Below, piece by piece: positions 9,689 to 18,238 of a stretch of 64,000 nt of DNA (position 1 is its first letter; every line of letters begins with the position of its first letter). The stretch is from Lachnospiraceae bacterium (lineage in GTDB: Bacteria > Bacillota > Clostridia > Lachnospirales > Lachnospiraceae), in NCBI GenBank assembly GCA_051879895.1, contig JBJEMX010000006.1, forward strand, positions 5,465 to 69,464. Reading direction: 5' to 3'. A program made the position numbers and the translations under genes. The notes beneath the pieces are model-generated. The model was not told the origin of the DNA. It did not search any database and was given only the letters and a program-made list of their open reading frames with translations.

Positions 9689-10824
9689 CTCTTATATCCT
9701 CTCTTAAGCTTCTTAAAATACTTCCTCAAAAGCAGCACTGCATAAGTGCCTAAAAGTCCGCAGCCCACCACCGCCAGATAATACAGCGGACTTATTGTCA
9801 GCAAAAACTGAAGTTTTGTTATCTTCACAAATCCTCTGACTACCAGAATTGCAAGAGGATGGACTATATAAAATATCATGGGACCTTCATAGAAAAAAGT
9901 TCTTTCCCACAGAGGTGCATTCTTCCCTTCATCGGTAAGGTAAGAAAACAAATACCACATACATATCGGTAAAATCAGATACATACTGTCATGCCGCTGC
10001 ATGTCGCCCTTATAAAGTATCAGCCCTTCTACACACATAAAAGCAAACGTAAGAATAAAATTTCTCAAATGTCGGACGGCTTTTAAACTCTCATCTCCGT
10101 TCTGCTCCCTTAAATCCTTCTCTTTATTCACTGCAATTTTTCTTCCCAACAGTAAAAACAGGGGTGCCATAAACAAACCGTTTCTGGTATAGGAAAAGAC
10201 TGTAAACAACCCATCATACATTCTTTTTAATAATGGTATACCCGCCACTGCTCCATAATAAGAATCCCCCAGCAGTCCTGCTCCATATAAAATAGCTGCC
10301 ACTGCCATTGCCTGTCCGGGAATGTATTTTAAAAGCAATATTACAATTCCTATTCCCAGTATAACTGCCGGAAGATACCACAAATGATAATAAGTACCAT
10401 CAAAAAATGTCGCTTTCAGTACATTCCCGATAATCTCCATACCTGCAGCCCCCTGTACTGCTTCCGTGGTCCCGAGCTGCTGTGCCGCCTCTGCAGCTTC
10501 CTGTACCGCCTCCTTGTTTATCCCTTGCACAAATTTATAAAGCTGTATGGGCAGATACAAGATAGTTGCCTCCAGATAGAGGATAACTGTTTTCCTGATA
10601 CTGTGCAGTACTCCTTTGGATGAAAGCACAAAATATCCTGTTACCATAAAGAAAAACGGTACAGCCAGTCTTGCCGCCACTCTGGTCAGCAAAAAATCCG
10701 CTGTTGCATTGATACTCTCTAAAGGAGAGGTATGGTTTGCCGCAACCAGTAATGCTGCAATCCATTTAAAATTGTCAATCCGCGATACTCTTTCGCTCTT
10801 CTGCACTGTTTTCCCTCCCTGCAA
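9679..10824 (-). CDS. VanT membrane domain (VanTm-like, acyltransferase-3 family)
   Basis: IDNFKWIAALLVAANHTSP, RLAVPFFFMVTG, GTYYHLWYLPA, GDSYYG, YTRNGLF, QRHDSMY; many TM helices; overlaps the racemase start. Confidence 0.85.
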   Translation of the reverse strand: MQGGKTVQKSERVSRIDNFKWIAALLVAANHTSPLESINATADFLLTRVAARLAVPFFFMVTGYFVLSSKGVLHSIRKTVILYLEATILYLPIQLYKFVQGINKEAVQEAAEAAQQLGTTEAVQGAAGMEIIGNVLKATFFDGTYYHLWYLPAVILGIGIVILLLKYIPGQAMAVAAILYGAGLLGDSYYGAVAGIPLLKRMYDGLFTVFSYTRNGLFMAPLFLLLGRKIAVNKEKDLREQNGDESLKAVRHLRNFILTFAFMCVEGLILYKGDMQRHDSMYLILPICMWYLFSYLTDEGKNAPLWERTFFYEGPMIFYIVHPLAILVVRGFVKITKLQFLLTISPLYYLAVVGCGLLGTYAVLLLRKYFKKLKRGYKRCI

Positions 10825-10852
10825 CTCATTTTCTACTTAACTGCCTTCCCAT

Positions 10853-11890
10853 TTATACTTCAGCCAGCTCCATAATCTGATTTACCAGTTCCTTAAAATC
10901 CATGCCGATTCCCTTCATCATATTAGGGAAACGGCTATGTGAGGTAAAACCGGGAATCGTATTGACCTCGTTAAATACAATATCTTTTTCGGGCGTAAAA
11001 AACATATCCACCCTGCAAAAGCCTTTACAGCCCAAGATTCTGTATATCACTCTTGCCGCCCTCTGTATTCTCTCCTCATCCTCTGCGGCAATTCTGGCCG
11101 GCATATGGATTTGCGAAGTCTTTAAAGTATATTTTTCTTCATAATCAAAAAATCCCCGGGAAAGTGTGATTTCATCTACTCTGCCAATGGTAAGTTCCCT
11201 ATTTCCCATAACGGCACAGCCCACTTCAAAGCCTTCTATGTACTCTTCCAGCACTACCTGTTTATCATGATAAAAGGCCTCCGTTACGGCTTCCGGCAAA
11301 TCTTCTGCTACCGTTACTTTACTGATACCAAAGGAGGAGCCTGCCCGTACAGGCTTTACAAATATCGGCAGTCCCAATTTCTTAATTTCCGCTTCCTTTT
11401 GTGCAAATTCATTTAAACCGTTCAGGCAGACGCTCTTTGGTGTCCGTATTCCTGCAAGCGAAACCAATGTATGTGCTATATCCTTATCCATCCCGAGAAC
11501 CGAGCTTTCCATTCCACAGCCGGCAACCGGAATACCTGCCATTTCACAAAGGCCCTGCAGGGTACCGTCCTCACCGTTTTTACCATGCAGTATGGGAAAT
11601 ACAATATCAAAATTCCTTTTCTCTAATCTGCCTTTCTTATCTACCCACAGACTTTTTTCCCCTCTGCTCATGGCAATCGTTGCCGGGTAACAATTCTCTC
11701 CCTGCCAGGTATTTTCAGCAATCCGCTTTTCATCTCCCTCATAAAGATACGCTCTGCCATCTCTGGTAATACCGCAAAGCAGCACTTCGTAACGTGTTCT
11801 GTCCACTGCCGCCAGTACTGCGGATACGGATTGCAGAGAAACCTCATACTCTGTGGAACACCCTCCGAATACTATCAAAACTTTTTTCAT
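10853..11890 (-). CDS. vanG: D-alanine--D-serine ligase (VanG/VanC/VanL type)
   Basis: Ddl fold (FGGCSTEYEVSLQS, LHGKNGEDG, GSSFG, NEVNTIPGFT) with D-Ser-type FFDYEEKY and HSRFP; adjacent to vanT; start reassigned to MKKVL. Confidence 0.82.
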   Translation of the reverse strand: MKKVLIVFGGCSTEYEVSLQSVSAVLAAVDRTRYEVLLCGITRDGRAYLYEGDEKRIAENTWQGENCYPATIAMSRGEKSLWVDKKGRLEKRNFDIVFPILHGKNGEDGTLQGLCEMAGIPVAGCGMESSVLGMDKDIAHTLVSLAGIRTPKSVCLNGLNEFAQKEAEIKKLGLPIFVKPVRAGSSFGISKVTVAEDLPEAVTEAFYHDKQVVLEEYIEGFEVGCAVMGNRELTIGRVDEITLSRGFFDYEEKYTLKTSQIHMPARIAAEDEERIQRAARVIYRILGCKGFCRVDMFFTPEKDIVFNEVNTIPGFTSHSRFPNMMKGIGMDFKELVNQIMELAEV

Positions 11891-11926
11891 ATCCTTTTCT
11901 TCCTTCCTATTTATCCTGTTTACCAC

Positions 11927-11980
11927 ATCATAACAACAAGTTTTTCAAATGCCTTTAAGGAATTCTTAGGATTTTCTTAA
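11927..11980 (-). promoter_or_regulatory. candidate VanR/OmpR-type direct-repeat boxes plus extended -10 of the ligase promoter
   Basis: Minus strand TTAAGAAAATC-CTAAGAATTCC-TTAAAG (11-bp period), then TG-T-TATGAT with no correctly spaced -35. Confidence 0.55.
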
Positions 11981-12015
11981 TTGCAAAATGTCCTTATGTG
12001 TCTTTAACAAACACT

Positions 12016-12051
12016 ATATCCTGACTCATATCGCTACTAATATCTCGACTA
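12016..12051. repeat. three 12-bp direct repeats in the divergent vanG/MATE intergenic region
   Basis: ATATCCTGACTC / ATATCGCTACTA / ATATCTCGACTA. Confidence 0.55.
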
Positions 12052-12066
12052 ATTTTGAAAAAGCAT

Positions 12067-12096
12067 TTGACATACATTCAAAAAATTTGTTATGAT
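12067..12096 (+). promoter_or_regulatory. sigma-A promoter of the MATE operon
   Basis: TTGACA-18 bp-TATGAT with TG extension. Confidence 0.8.
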
Positions 12097-12113
12097 ATTC
12101 CCATCGTGTAGCC

Positions 12114-12154
12114 AAAAGGTGTAAATCCAGATTTATGGATTTGCACCTTTTTTT
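12114..12154 (+). terminator. intrinsic terminator/attenuator in the MATE 5' leader
   Basis: AAAAGGTGTAAATCCA-GATTTA-TGGATTTGCACC-TTTTTTT; the one non-canonical pair is G.U only on the + strand. Confidence 0.75.
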
Positions 12155-12199
12155 GTTCAATCAGGCGATTTTACATCTTACCGTTGTAAGGAGGTTAAT

Positions 12200-13585
12200 A
12201 TGAAAGAAGAAGTAACAATGAACAAATTAGGAACAATGAAGGTCAACAGACTTATGCTGTCCATGGGTATTCCTATGATACTCTCCATGATGCTTCAGGC
12301 AGTATATAATATTGTTGACAGTGCATTTGTCTCCAATATGCCTATTAACGGCGAAATGGCACTAAATGCACTTACTCTTGCATTTCCTGTACAAATGCTG
12401 ATGGTTGCCATCGGAATTGGTACAGGCGTGGGAACAAATGCCCTTCTATCCAAAAGTATCGGTCAGGGTGATTATAAAAAAGCGGGTAAGGTAGCCGGAA
12501 ATTCTATGTTTTTGGCAATTGTGATTTTTATATTGTTTCTTGTATTCGGATTATTGGGCGTAGATATTTATGCTTCTACACAGACAACCAATCCTGAAAT
12601 AAAGGCTATGGTAGTTACCTATCTGAGAATATGCTGCACCGCTTCCATAGGTATTGTATTTTTTTCCGTTTTTGAAAAACTGCTGCAAGCCACCGGTCAC
12701 TCTGTCCATTCAACAATTGCCCAGATTACAGGTGCAATAATCAATATCATTCTTGATCCGGTACTCATTTATGGATGGTTTGGATTTCCTGCCATGGGAG
12801 TAGCCGGAGCAGCTTACGCTACAGTGATAGGACAGATAGCCTCTGCCCTGTTAGGTCTCATCTTCCATCTGAAGCAAAACAGGGAAATTGAAAATGGTCT
12901 GCAATATATGAAACCGGATATAAAAATCATCAAATCCATTTACTCTATCGGACTTCCCGCTATTATTGCACAGGCTTTAATGTCTGTGATGACTTATGGA
13001 ATGAATATTATTCTTGGCAGCATCAGCGAATCGACGGTTACGGCTTATGGCTTATATTACAAAGTGCAACAATTCATTTTATTTGCAGCTTTTGGTTTAA
13101 GAGATGCAATTACACCTATTGTTTCCTTTAACCACGGCATGCGTAGCAAACGCAGAGTGAAGGCCGGTATTAAATACGGAATATCCTATACCATCCTTAT
13201 CATGCTTATCGGTCTGGCAGTTATTGAAATATTTGCAGTCCCCTTCTCTTCTCTATTCGGATTATCAGGGGAAACACAGGCTATTTGCATAAGTGCAATG
13301 AGAATCATATCTCTAAGCTTCATTTTTGCCGGAATTAACATTGCATATCAGGGAATATTCCAGGCTCTTGACGGAGGTTTTGAATCTTTAATCATCTCCA
13401 TCTTAAGACAATTTCTATTCGTATTGCCCATTGCCTGGGGCTTTTCACTACTTGCCCGCCAATCCGCTGACAGGATATGGACGGTCTGGATGACTTTTAT
13501 AATTGCAGAGGCTTTATCTTGTATCGTTGCAACTTTATTTATGAAAAAAATCAACCGAAAGGTTATAGAAAAATTGGAGGATTAA
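12200..13585 (+). CDS. MATE-family efflux transporter
   Basis: [32 protein letters not shown]; hydrophobicity consistent with ~12 TM; RBS AAGGAGG. Confidence 0.93.
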   Translation: MKEEVTMNKLGTMKVNRLMLSMGIPMILSMMLQAVYNIVDSAFVSNMPINGEMALNALTLAFPVQMLMVAIGIGTGVGTNALLSKSIGQGDYKKAGKVAGNSMFLAIVIFILFLVFGLLGVDIYASTQTTNPEIKAMVVTYLRICCTASIGIVFFSVFEKLLQATGHSVHSTIAQITGAIINIILDPVLIYGWFGFPAMGVAGAAYATVIGQIASALLGLIFHLKQNREIENGLQYMKPDIKIIKSIYSIGLPAIIAQALMSVMTYGMNIILGSISESTVTAYGLYYKVQQFILFAAFGLRDAITPIVSFNHGMRSKRRVKAGIKYGISYTILIMLIGLAVIEIFAVPFSSLFGLSGETQAICISAMRIISLSFIFAGINIAYQGIFQALDGGFESLIISILRQFLFVLPIAWGFSLLARQSADRIWTVWMTFIIAEALSCIVATLFMKKINRKVIEKLED

Positions 13586-13589
13586 GCAT

Positions 13590-14174
13590 ATGAAAAAAGT
13601 AATTACAATCAGCAGAGAGTTCGGAAGCGGCGGACGTTTTATCGGTGAAGAGCTGGCAAAAAGCCTTAAGTTTACCTTTTATGACAAAAATATCATCGAA
13701 CAGGTTGCTAAGGAAACCGGCTTATCCGGGAAATATATTGCGGACCGTGGAGAATATGCTCCCGCAAATAATGTATTCTCATACTCATTCATAGGGAGGG
13801 ATACACAAGGCAGCTCGATTGATGACTTGATTTACAAGACACAGAGAAGGATTATTCTTGATATTGCAGAGCAGGGGAACTGTGTTATTGTCGGAAGATG
13901 TGCCGATTATATTTTGCGGAACAGAGCTGATGTTCTGAATATATTCATTCATGGAAATGAGTCTGAAAAATGCAGGCGGATTATGGAGCTCTATGGCAAA
14001 ACAGAAAGCGAAGCTCTTGCGCTTATGAAAGATACCGACAAAAAGAGGGCTGTCAATTATACCTATTATACAGAACAAAAATGGGGGGCTTACAAAAACT
14101 ATGCGTTATGCTTAAACAGCAGTATTCTCGGATATGAGGCGTGCATTGCAATCATAAAGGAAGTTATGAAATAA
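13590..14174 (+). CDS. cytidylate kinase-like family protein
   Basis: VITISREFGSGG P-loop, CVIVGRCADYIL, DKKR..Y motifs. Confidence 0.88.
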   Translation: MKKVITISREFGSGGRFIGEELAKSLKFTFYDKNIIEQVAKETGLSGKYIADRGEYAPANNVFSYSFIGRDTQGSSIDDLIYKTQRRIILDIAEQGNCVIVGRCADYILRNRADVLNIFIHGNESEKCRRIMELYGKTESEALALMKDTDKKRAVNYTYYTEQKWGAYKNYALCLNSSILGYEACIAIIKEVMK

Positions 14175-14206
14175 TACAATTTAAAGGTTCACCTGTTCCC
14201 ACAAAA

Positions 14207-14418
14207 AAGGGGCTGTCGCAAATCATAGCCCAGCCTGACCGGCTGCTGTAAAAAGTTTCCACACAGACACGCTTTCGCTCCACGAAAAACGTAACAGTAC
14301 TAAGAATTTTTCAGCGTAAAACTTGAAAAATTCAAGTGCTGACGTTTTTCAAGGGTCTGTTTAGGAAAGCTTTTTACAGCAGCCGGTCAGACTGTCTATG
14401 ATTTTACGACAGCCTCTT
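14207..14418. mobile_element. palindromic MITE/REP-like element, copy 2 (both outer arms present)
   Basis: ~48-bp imperfect terminal inverted repeats 14207-14255/14370-14418 starting GGGGCTGTCGCA; core matches copy 1 in opposite orientation with one substitution. Confidence 0.87.
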
Positions 14419-14429
14419 CTTACCTACAA

Positions 14430-15995
14430 TTAATCGAAGAAATACACTCCCTCAAATACGGAATCTATTCCCATCCCAACATTTTCTATCGAATAATTAT
14501 TAATATGCACCCAGCCTTCCAGGCCACTTTCATCCCGCAGTTTCACCCATTCCCTGCCATCAGTCTGCATCTGATAAACAGTTTGCCCGGCTTCCATGAC
14601 TACGGTAGCGGCTTCTTCACTGTTAGACAGATATACAGGTAAATCCACTAACAACTCATGAGAATACCAAGGCTCTAAATAATAGATACCTGTCTCCTGG
14701 AATACCAGTTCGCCCTGTTCATAATCATACCACCAGCTTCCGTAGCCATAAGTTGTTCCTAAGATATCTGTCCGAATTCTGCCAATGATACGACCGTCTT
14801 CAAAACCATTAAAGTAATTGAGCTGTTCCATGGGATGACCACCTACAGAGCCTATATATTGCAATTCCCCATTATAAGTAAAAAAGTAAGTAACCAGGTC
14901 TTCACTGGGACCATAATCGGCAATGGCAATTTCAAGTCCCGGAAAATACGGAGAAATATCTGTGATATAAAAATATTCTTCCTCCAGATTCCAAGAATTA
15001 AGTCCAAAATCATCCATAAGATACGCCTTGCCATCTACAGAAATAATGCCTATGGAAAGATCTGCTTCCCGGATTAGATCATACCGCACCACCTCATCGA
15101 TACCATCGCCATCCAGATCAACAAAATGTTCCTCCGCCGCATTATATTCTGCCGGATATTCCTTTGAATTTTTTTCTTCTACTGCTTTAATTGTTTCAAT
15201 GTTAGTCAAATCAATCTCTGTCAATTCTGCTGCATCATAGGAATCACCTTTGTCCTCGTACCAGCTGCAACGCTCAAAGCAGGCCTGTAAGAAGGGATTG
15301 TCAAAGTGATAGCCATGCCTTGCAAAAATTTCATTTCTTGCAAAAAATAATTCCGTTTCAGATAAGTTGATAATATCCTCCTCAGAAAGCAGAAAATATT
15401 CACTCATGGGTAAAACATATTCATCGGCATTATAGTGCACATTATCTGCCAGGATTCTTACCGAATACAGAATTTCCGGCATGCTCTCACACATTTCACC
15501 GTATTCCTCAGCTATTTCAGGTATCTCAACAAAAAAACTAACATCCGTAGGATAAATAATCGAATATGCTTTTTCCTCAGTATAAGCTATCATGCCACCG
15601 GAGGGATAATCATAATAAGGAGTCTCTGACACATCAATGGAAAAAATGAATCCCATATTCTCCATTCTGTCATAGGAAGACTTCTGATAAACGGAAATAT
15701 TCTCTCCACTTTCAACGATAACATATTTTCCTTCCCACGTATCCGGGAACGTAATCGAAATCTCTCCGTGCACATATACATCGGCAGTATCCGATGTAGA
15801 AGCCTGCTCTGTACCGGTCTGCTCTGTACCGGCTTGCTCTGCATTCGTCCGGTCGGTATTTTCGGATGTTGTTTCCTGAGAATTTCCATTTTCCGTTTCC
15901 TGCTCTTTATCCGTAATTTTTAAACCACATCCTGTTACAGATACCGCCAGGATTACTGTCATCAGATGCACACACCATTTTTTCTTCCTATGCAT
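14430..15995 (-). CDS. YARHG-domain lipoprotein
   Basis: Lipobox VTGC; ARNEIFARHGYHF...YF-like segment (CFERCSWY); DLDGDG-type motif; 15-bp repeats at 15803-15847. Confidence 0.82.
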   Translation of the reverse strand: MHRKKKWCVHLMTVILAVSVTGCGLKITDKEQETENGNSQETTSENTDRTNAEQAGTEQTGTEQASTSDTADVYVHGEISITFPDTWEGKYVIVESGENISVYQKSSYDRMENMGFIFSIDVSETPYYDYPSGGMIAYTEEKAYSIIYPTDVSFFVEIPEIAEEYGEMCESMPEILYSVRILADNVHYNADEYVLPMSEYFLLSEEDIINLSETELFFARNEIFARHGYHFDNPFLQACFERCSWYEDKGDSYDAAELTEIDLTNIETIKAVEEKNSKEYPAEYNAAEEHFVDLDGDGIDEVVRYDLIREADLSIGIISVDGKAYLMDDFGLNSWNLEEEYFYITDISPYFPGLEIAIADYGPSEDLVTYFFTYNGELQYIGSVGGHPMEQLNYFNGFEDGRIIGRIRTDILGTTYGYGSWWYDYEQGELVFQETGIYYLEPWYSHELLVDLPVYLSNSEEAATVVMEAGQTVYQMQTDGREWVKLRDESGLEGWVHINNYSIENVGMGIDSVFEGVYFFD

Positions 15996-16036
15996 TTTTC
16001 CTCCCTCTAAACCACTTATACCATGATTTTAAGCAC

Positions 16037-16318
16037 TTATTTCTTCAATTTACCTCTTATTTTATCCATGGAATCTACAAAGACAAGGATTTCCGCCACT
16101 ACCTCATACAATTCCGGAGGAATCATATCTCCGATTTCCAATCGGGATAAGGTATCCGCCAGTTTATCGTCCCGGTGTATGGGCACATCCGCTTCCTTTG
16201 CTTTTTCGATAATCCGCTCTGCTAAAGCACCGCGGCCTGTAGCTATGACCTTCGGTGCTTCTTCATCGGGATTGTACTCCAGTGCTATCGCCTGTTTGAT
16301 TTTTTTCTTTTCTTCCAT
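16037..16318 (-). CDS. FlhB C-terminal-like (EscU/YscU/HrcU family) protein, YlqH-like
   Basis: AIALEY...APKVIATG.G.LAERII..A, IPPELYEVVAEIL. Confidence 0.9.
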   Translation of the reverse strand: MEEKKKIKQAIALEYNPDEEAPKVIATGRGALAERIIEKAKEADVPIHRDDKLADTLSRLEIGDMIPPELYEVVAEILVFVDSMDKIRGKLKK

Positions 16319-16375
16319 AAGGCTCCTTTATACATTAGACCATATACTTTACAATGCTTAAATACAAATGTGCCT

Positions 16376-18169
16376 TTATGCTCTTACATCAAATGCATAC
16401 TGTTTCAGAATGGTTGCATTTTTATCCGCCTGCAGAATACGGTCTATAGGGGTGGTATCCTCTTCCCCTACGTCCTTGACCTTCATTTCCACATGCATAC
16501 TATATCCCTTCTTTTCAAGGCGTTCTGTCAATGTATGCATATGTGCGTTTAAAAAATCCAGCATTTCGTCATCTGCCAGCGTAAACTGTGTGCTCACTCT
16601 TTCATTCTGCATTGCCACATATACATCCACAGGTCCTAAATGTTCCATATCCAGATGCAGAAAAGCACTGACATTACCGTCATTCTGAGCAAGTGAACGC
16701 TTATTTGTGTAGACATACAATTCTCCATTGGTTCGCCCCTCCTGCATCTGTAACGGGAGCTGCACATAAGTATACATCTGATTCATCTGGTTCATAAAAT
16801 CCAAATTCTGACTCATATTGGCTGCACTTTTCATAGCAGGAGTATGATCTGCACCATTGTTTTCCAAAACTGTACGAATACCCTCCAGACTCTTTTCCAG
16901 TCTGCTGTACATTTCTTTGACCTTTTCTGCGTCTGCCGCCTGATCGGGCTTTATGGACCATGCTTTTAACATAGTATTTTCAAATAATTTCTGATATGCC
17001 GGTGACTTGAAAAGCTCTGCCATTGCCTCTGTACGGTCTGCTCCGCCTGCCATATCGGAAAGTGCTCTTAACACCTGGTTCATATCCGCGGTTCCGCTTT
17101 CTACATCTTGCACCAGTTTCTCTATCCCTGAAAAACTGTCCCGGGAAATTGCTTTCAAAAGTCCGGCAACTTCTTCCCGCTCCTGTCCTGATAAGATTGC
17201 TCCTATGGAGTCATCCCTAAGGCTCACATTTGACTGCATATCGGATTCCCGTGCCCCTGTTTCCTGTCCCGGCAGAATACTTTCACTTCCTTGGTTCTGC
17301 TGCGGCAGAATACCGCCGCTTGCGGTTCCCTGTCCCGACAGAACGCTTTCGCTTCCCTGGCTCTGCTGTAATACCGTACCTTCTGTCACAGTGGTGCTGC
17401 CGTTTTCTAAAATCTCTGCCGGATTCGCACTTTCCATCCCCTCCGGTGCGACAACAGTATTCTTTACGTCCAACTCCGGTAACAGTTTCTGCAAAAGTTC
17501 CTGATACATCTGTACCGCCTTATCCGTACCGGATGACCGGGCTACTTCATGGAAGGCTGCCGGAAGCTCCTCCAGTACATCTGTCATACCGCGTACCAGT
17601 TGATGGGTCAATGCTTTGTAGCTTTCCATCTGACTCAAATTGGCTTCATTCACAGGCATCCCCATATATCGCAGTTGCACCACACTGGCCGCATCTGCGG
17701 CAGGATTTGTCATTACTTCTTTAAACATATTCTGCAGGGATTTACTATTTATGCTCATTCCCTGCTGCATCATGGTTTCCGTCATAGTAACAGTACTGCT
17801 GTTCACAGGCAGTCCCGCCATCTGCAATGCTTTAAACACATTATCAGCCGTTGCCGTATTTGCAAACAAAGGACTTAAGAACAGACTGCTGCCATTATTT
17901 TTCACCTCAAAGGTAAGTATCTTTCCGATTTCCACATTGACATCTTTATCCAGTCTTGCCGTCAGCGTAATATCATCTGACAGTTTGAGCTGTACCTCAT
18001 TTCCATTTTTGCTGACAACCTCTCCATACAATACCTTACCCGGTGTCAATGCCTTTATCTGCTTGTTTACATGTCCGGCAGTGCTCTGCCGCTCTGTTTC
18101 CTGCACTTCCCTATTCGGATTTGTCTGTTTGGAAACACCCGTAAAAATTTCAGTAAGCTTCATTCTCAA
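16376..18169 (-). CDS. FliK-like C-terminal domain protein (YlqG-like)
   Basis: C-terminal YVQLP...LHLDMEHLGPVDV...FDVRA; located between rnhB and ylqH; 40-bp duplication 17263-17302/17329-17368. Confidence 0.75.
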   Translation of the reverse strand: MRMKLTEIFTGVSKQTNPNREVQETERQSTAGHVNKQIKALTPGKVLYGEVVSKNGNEVQLKLSDDITLTARLDKDVNVEIGKILTFEVKNNGSSLFLSPLFANTATADNVFKALQMAGLPVNSSTVTMTETMMQQGMSINSKSLQNMFKEVMTNPAADAASVVQLRYMGMPVNEANLSQMESYKALTHQLVRGMTDVLEELPAAFHEVARSSGTDKAVQMYQELLQKLLPELDVKNTVVAPEGMESANPAEILENGSTTVTEGTVLQQSQGSESVLSGQGTASGGILPQQNQGSESILPGQETGARESDMQSNVSLRDDSIGAILSGQEREEVAGLLKAISRDSFSGIEKLVQDVESGTADMNQVLRALSDMAGGADRTEAMAELFKSPAYQKLFENTMLKAWSIKPDQAADAEKVKEMYSRLEKSLEGIRTVLENNGADHTPAMKSAANMSQNLDFMNQMNQMYTYVQLPLQMQEGRTNGELYVYTNKRSLAQNDGNVSAFLHLDMEHLGPVDVYVAMQNERVSTQFTLADDEMLDFLNAHMHTLTERLEKKGYSMHVEMKVKDVGEEDTTPIDRILQADKNATILKQYAFDVRA

Positions 18170-18238
18170 TCCTCATCATTCCAATACCTGAAATCTTTAG
18201 ACCGCAGGAGTACAATTGAGTGTAAAACTCATTTTTTA

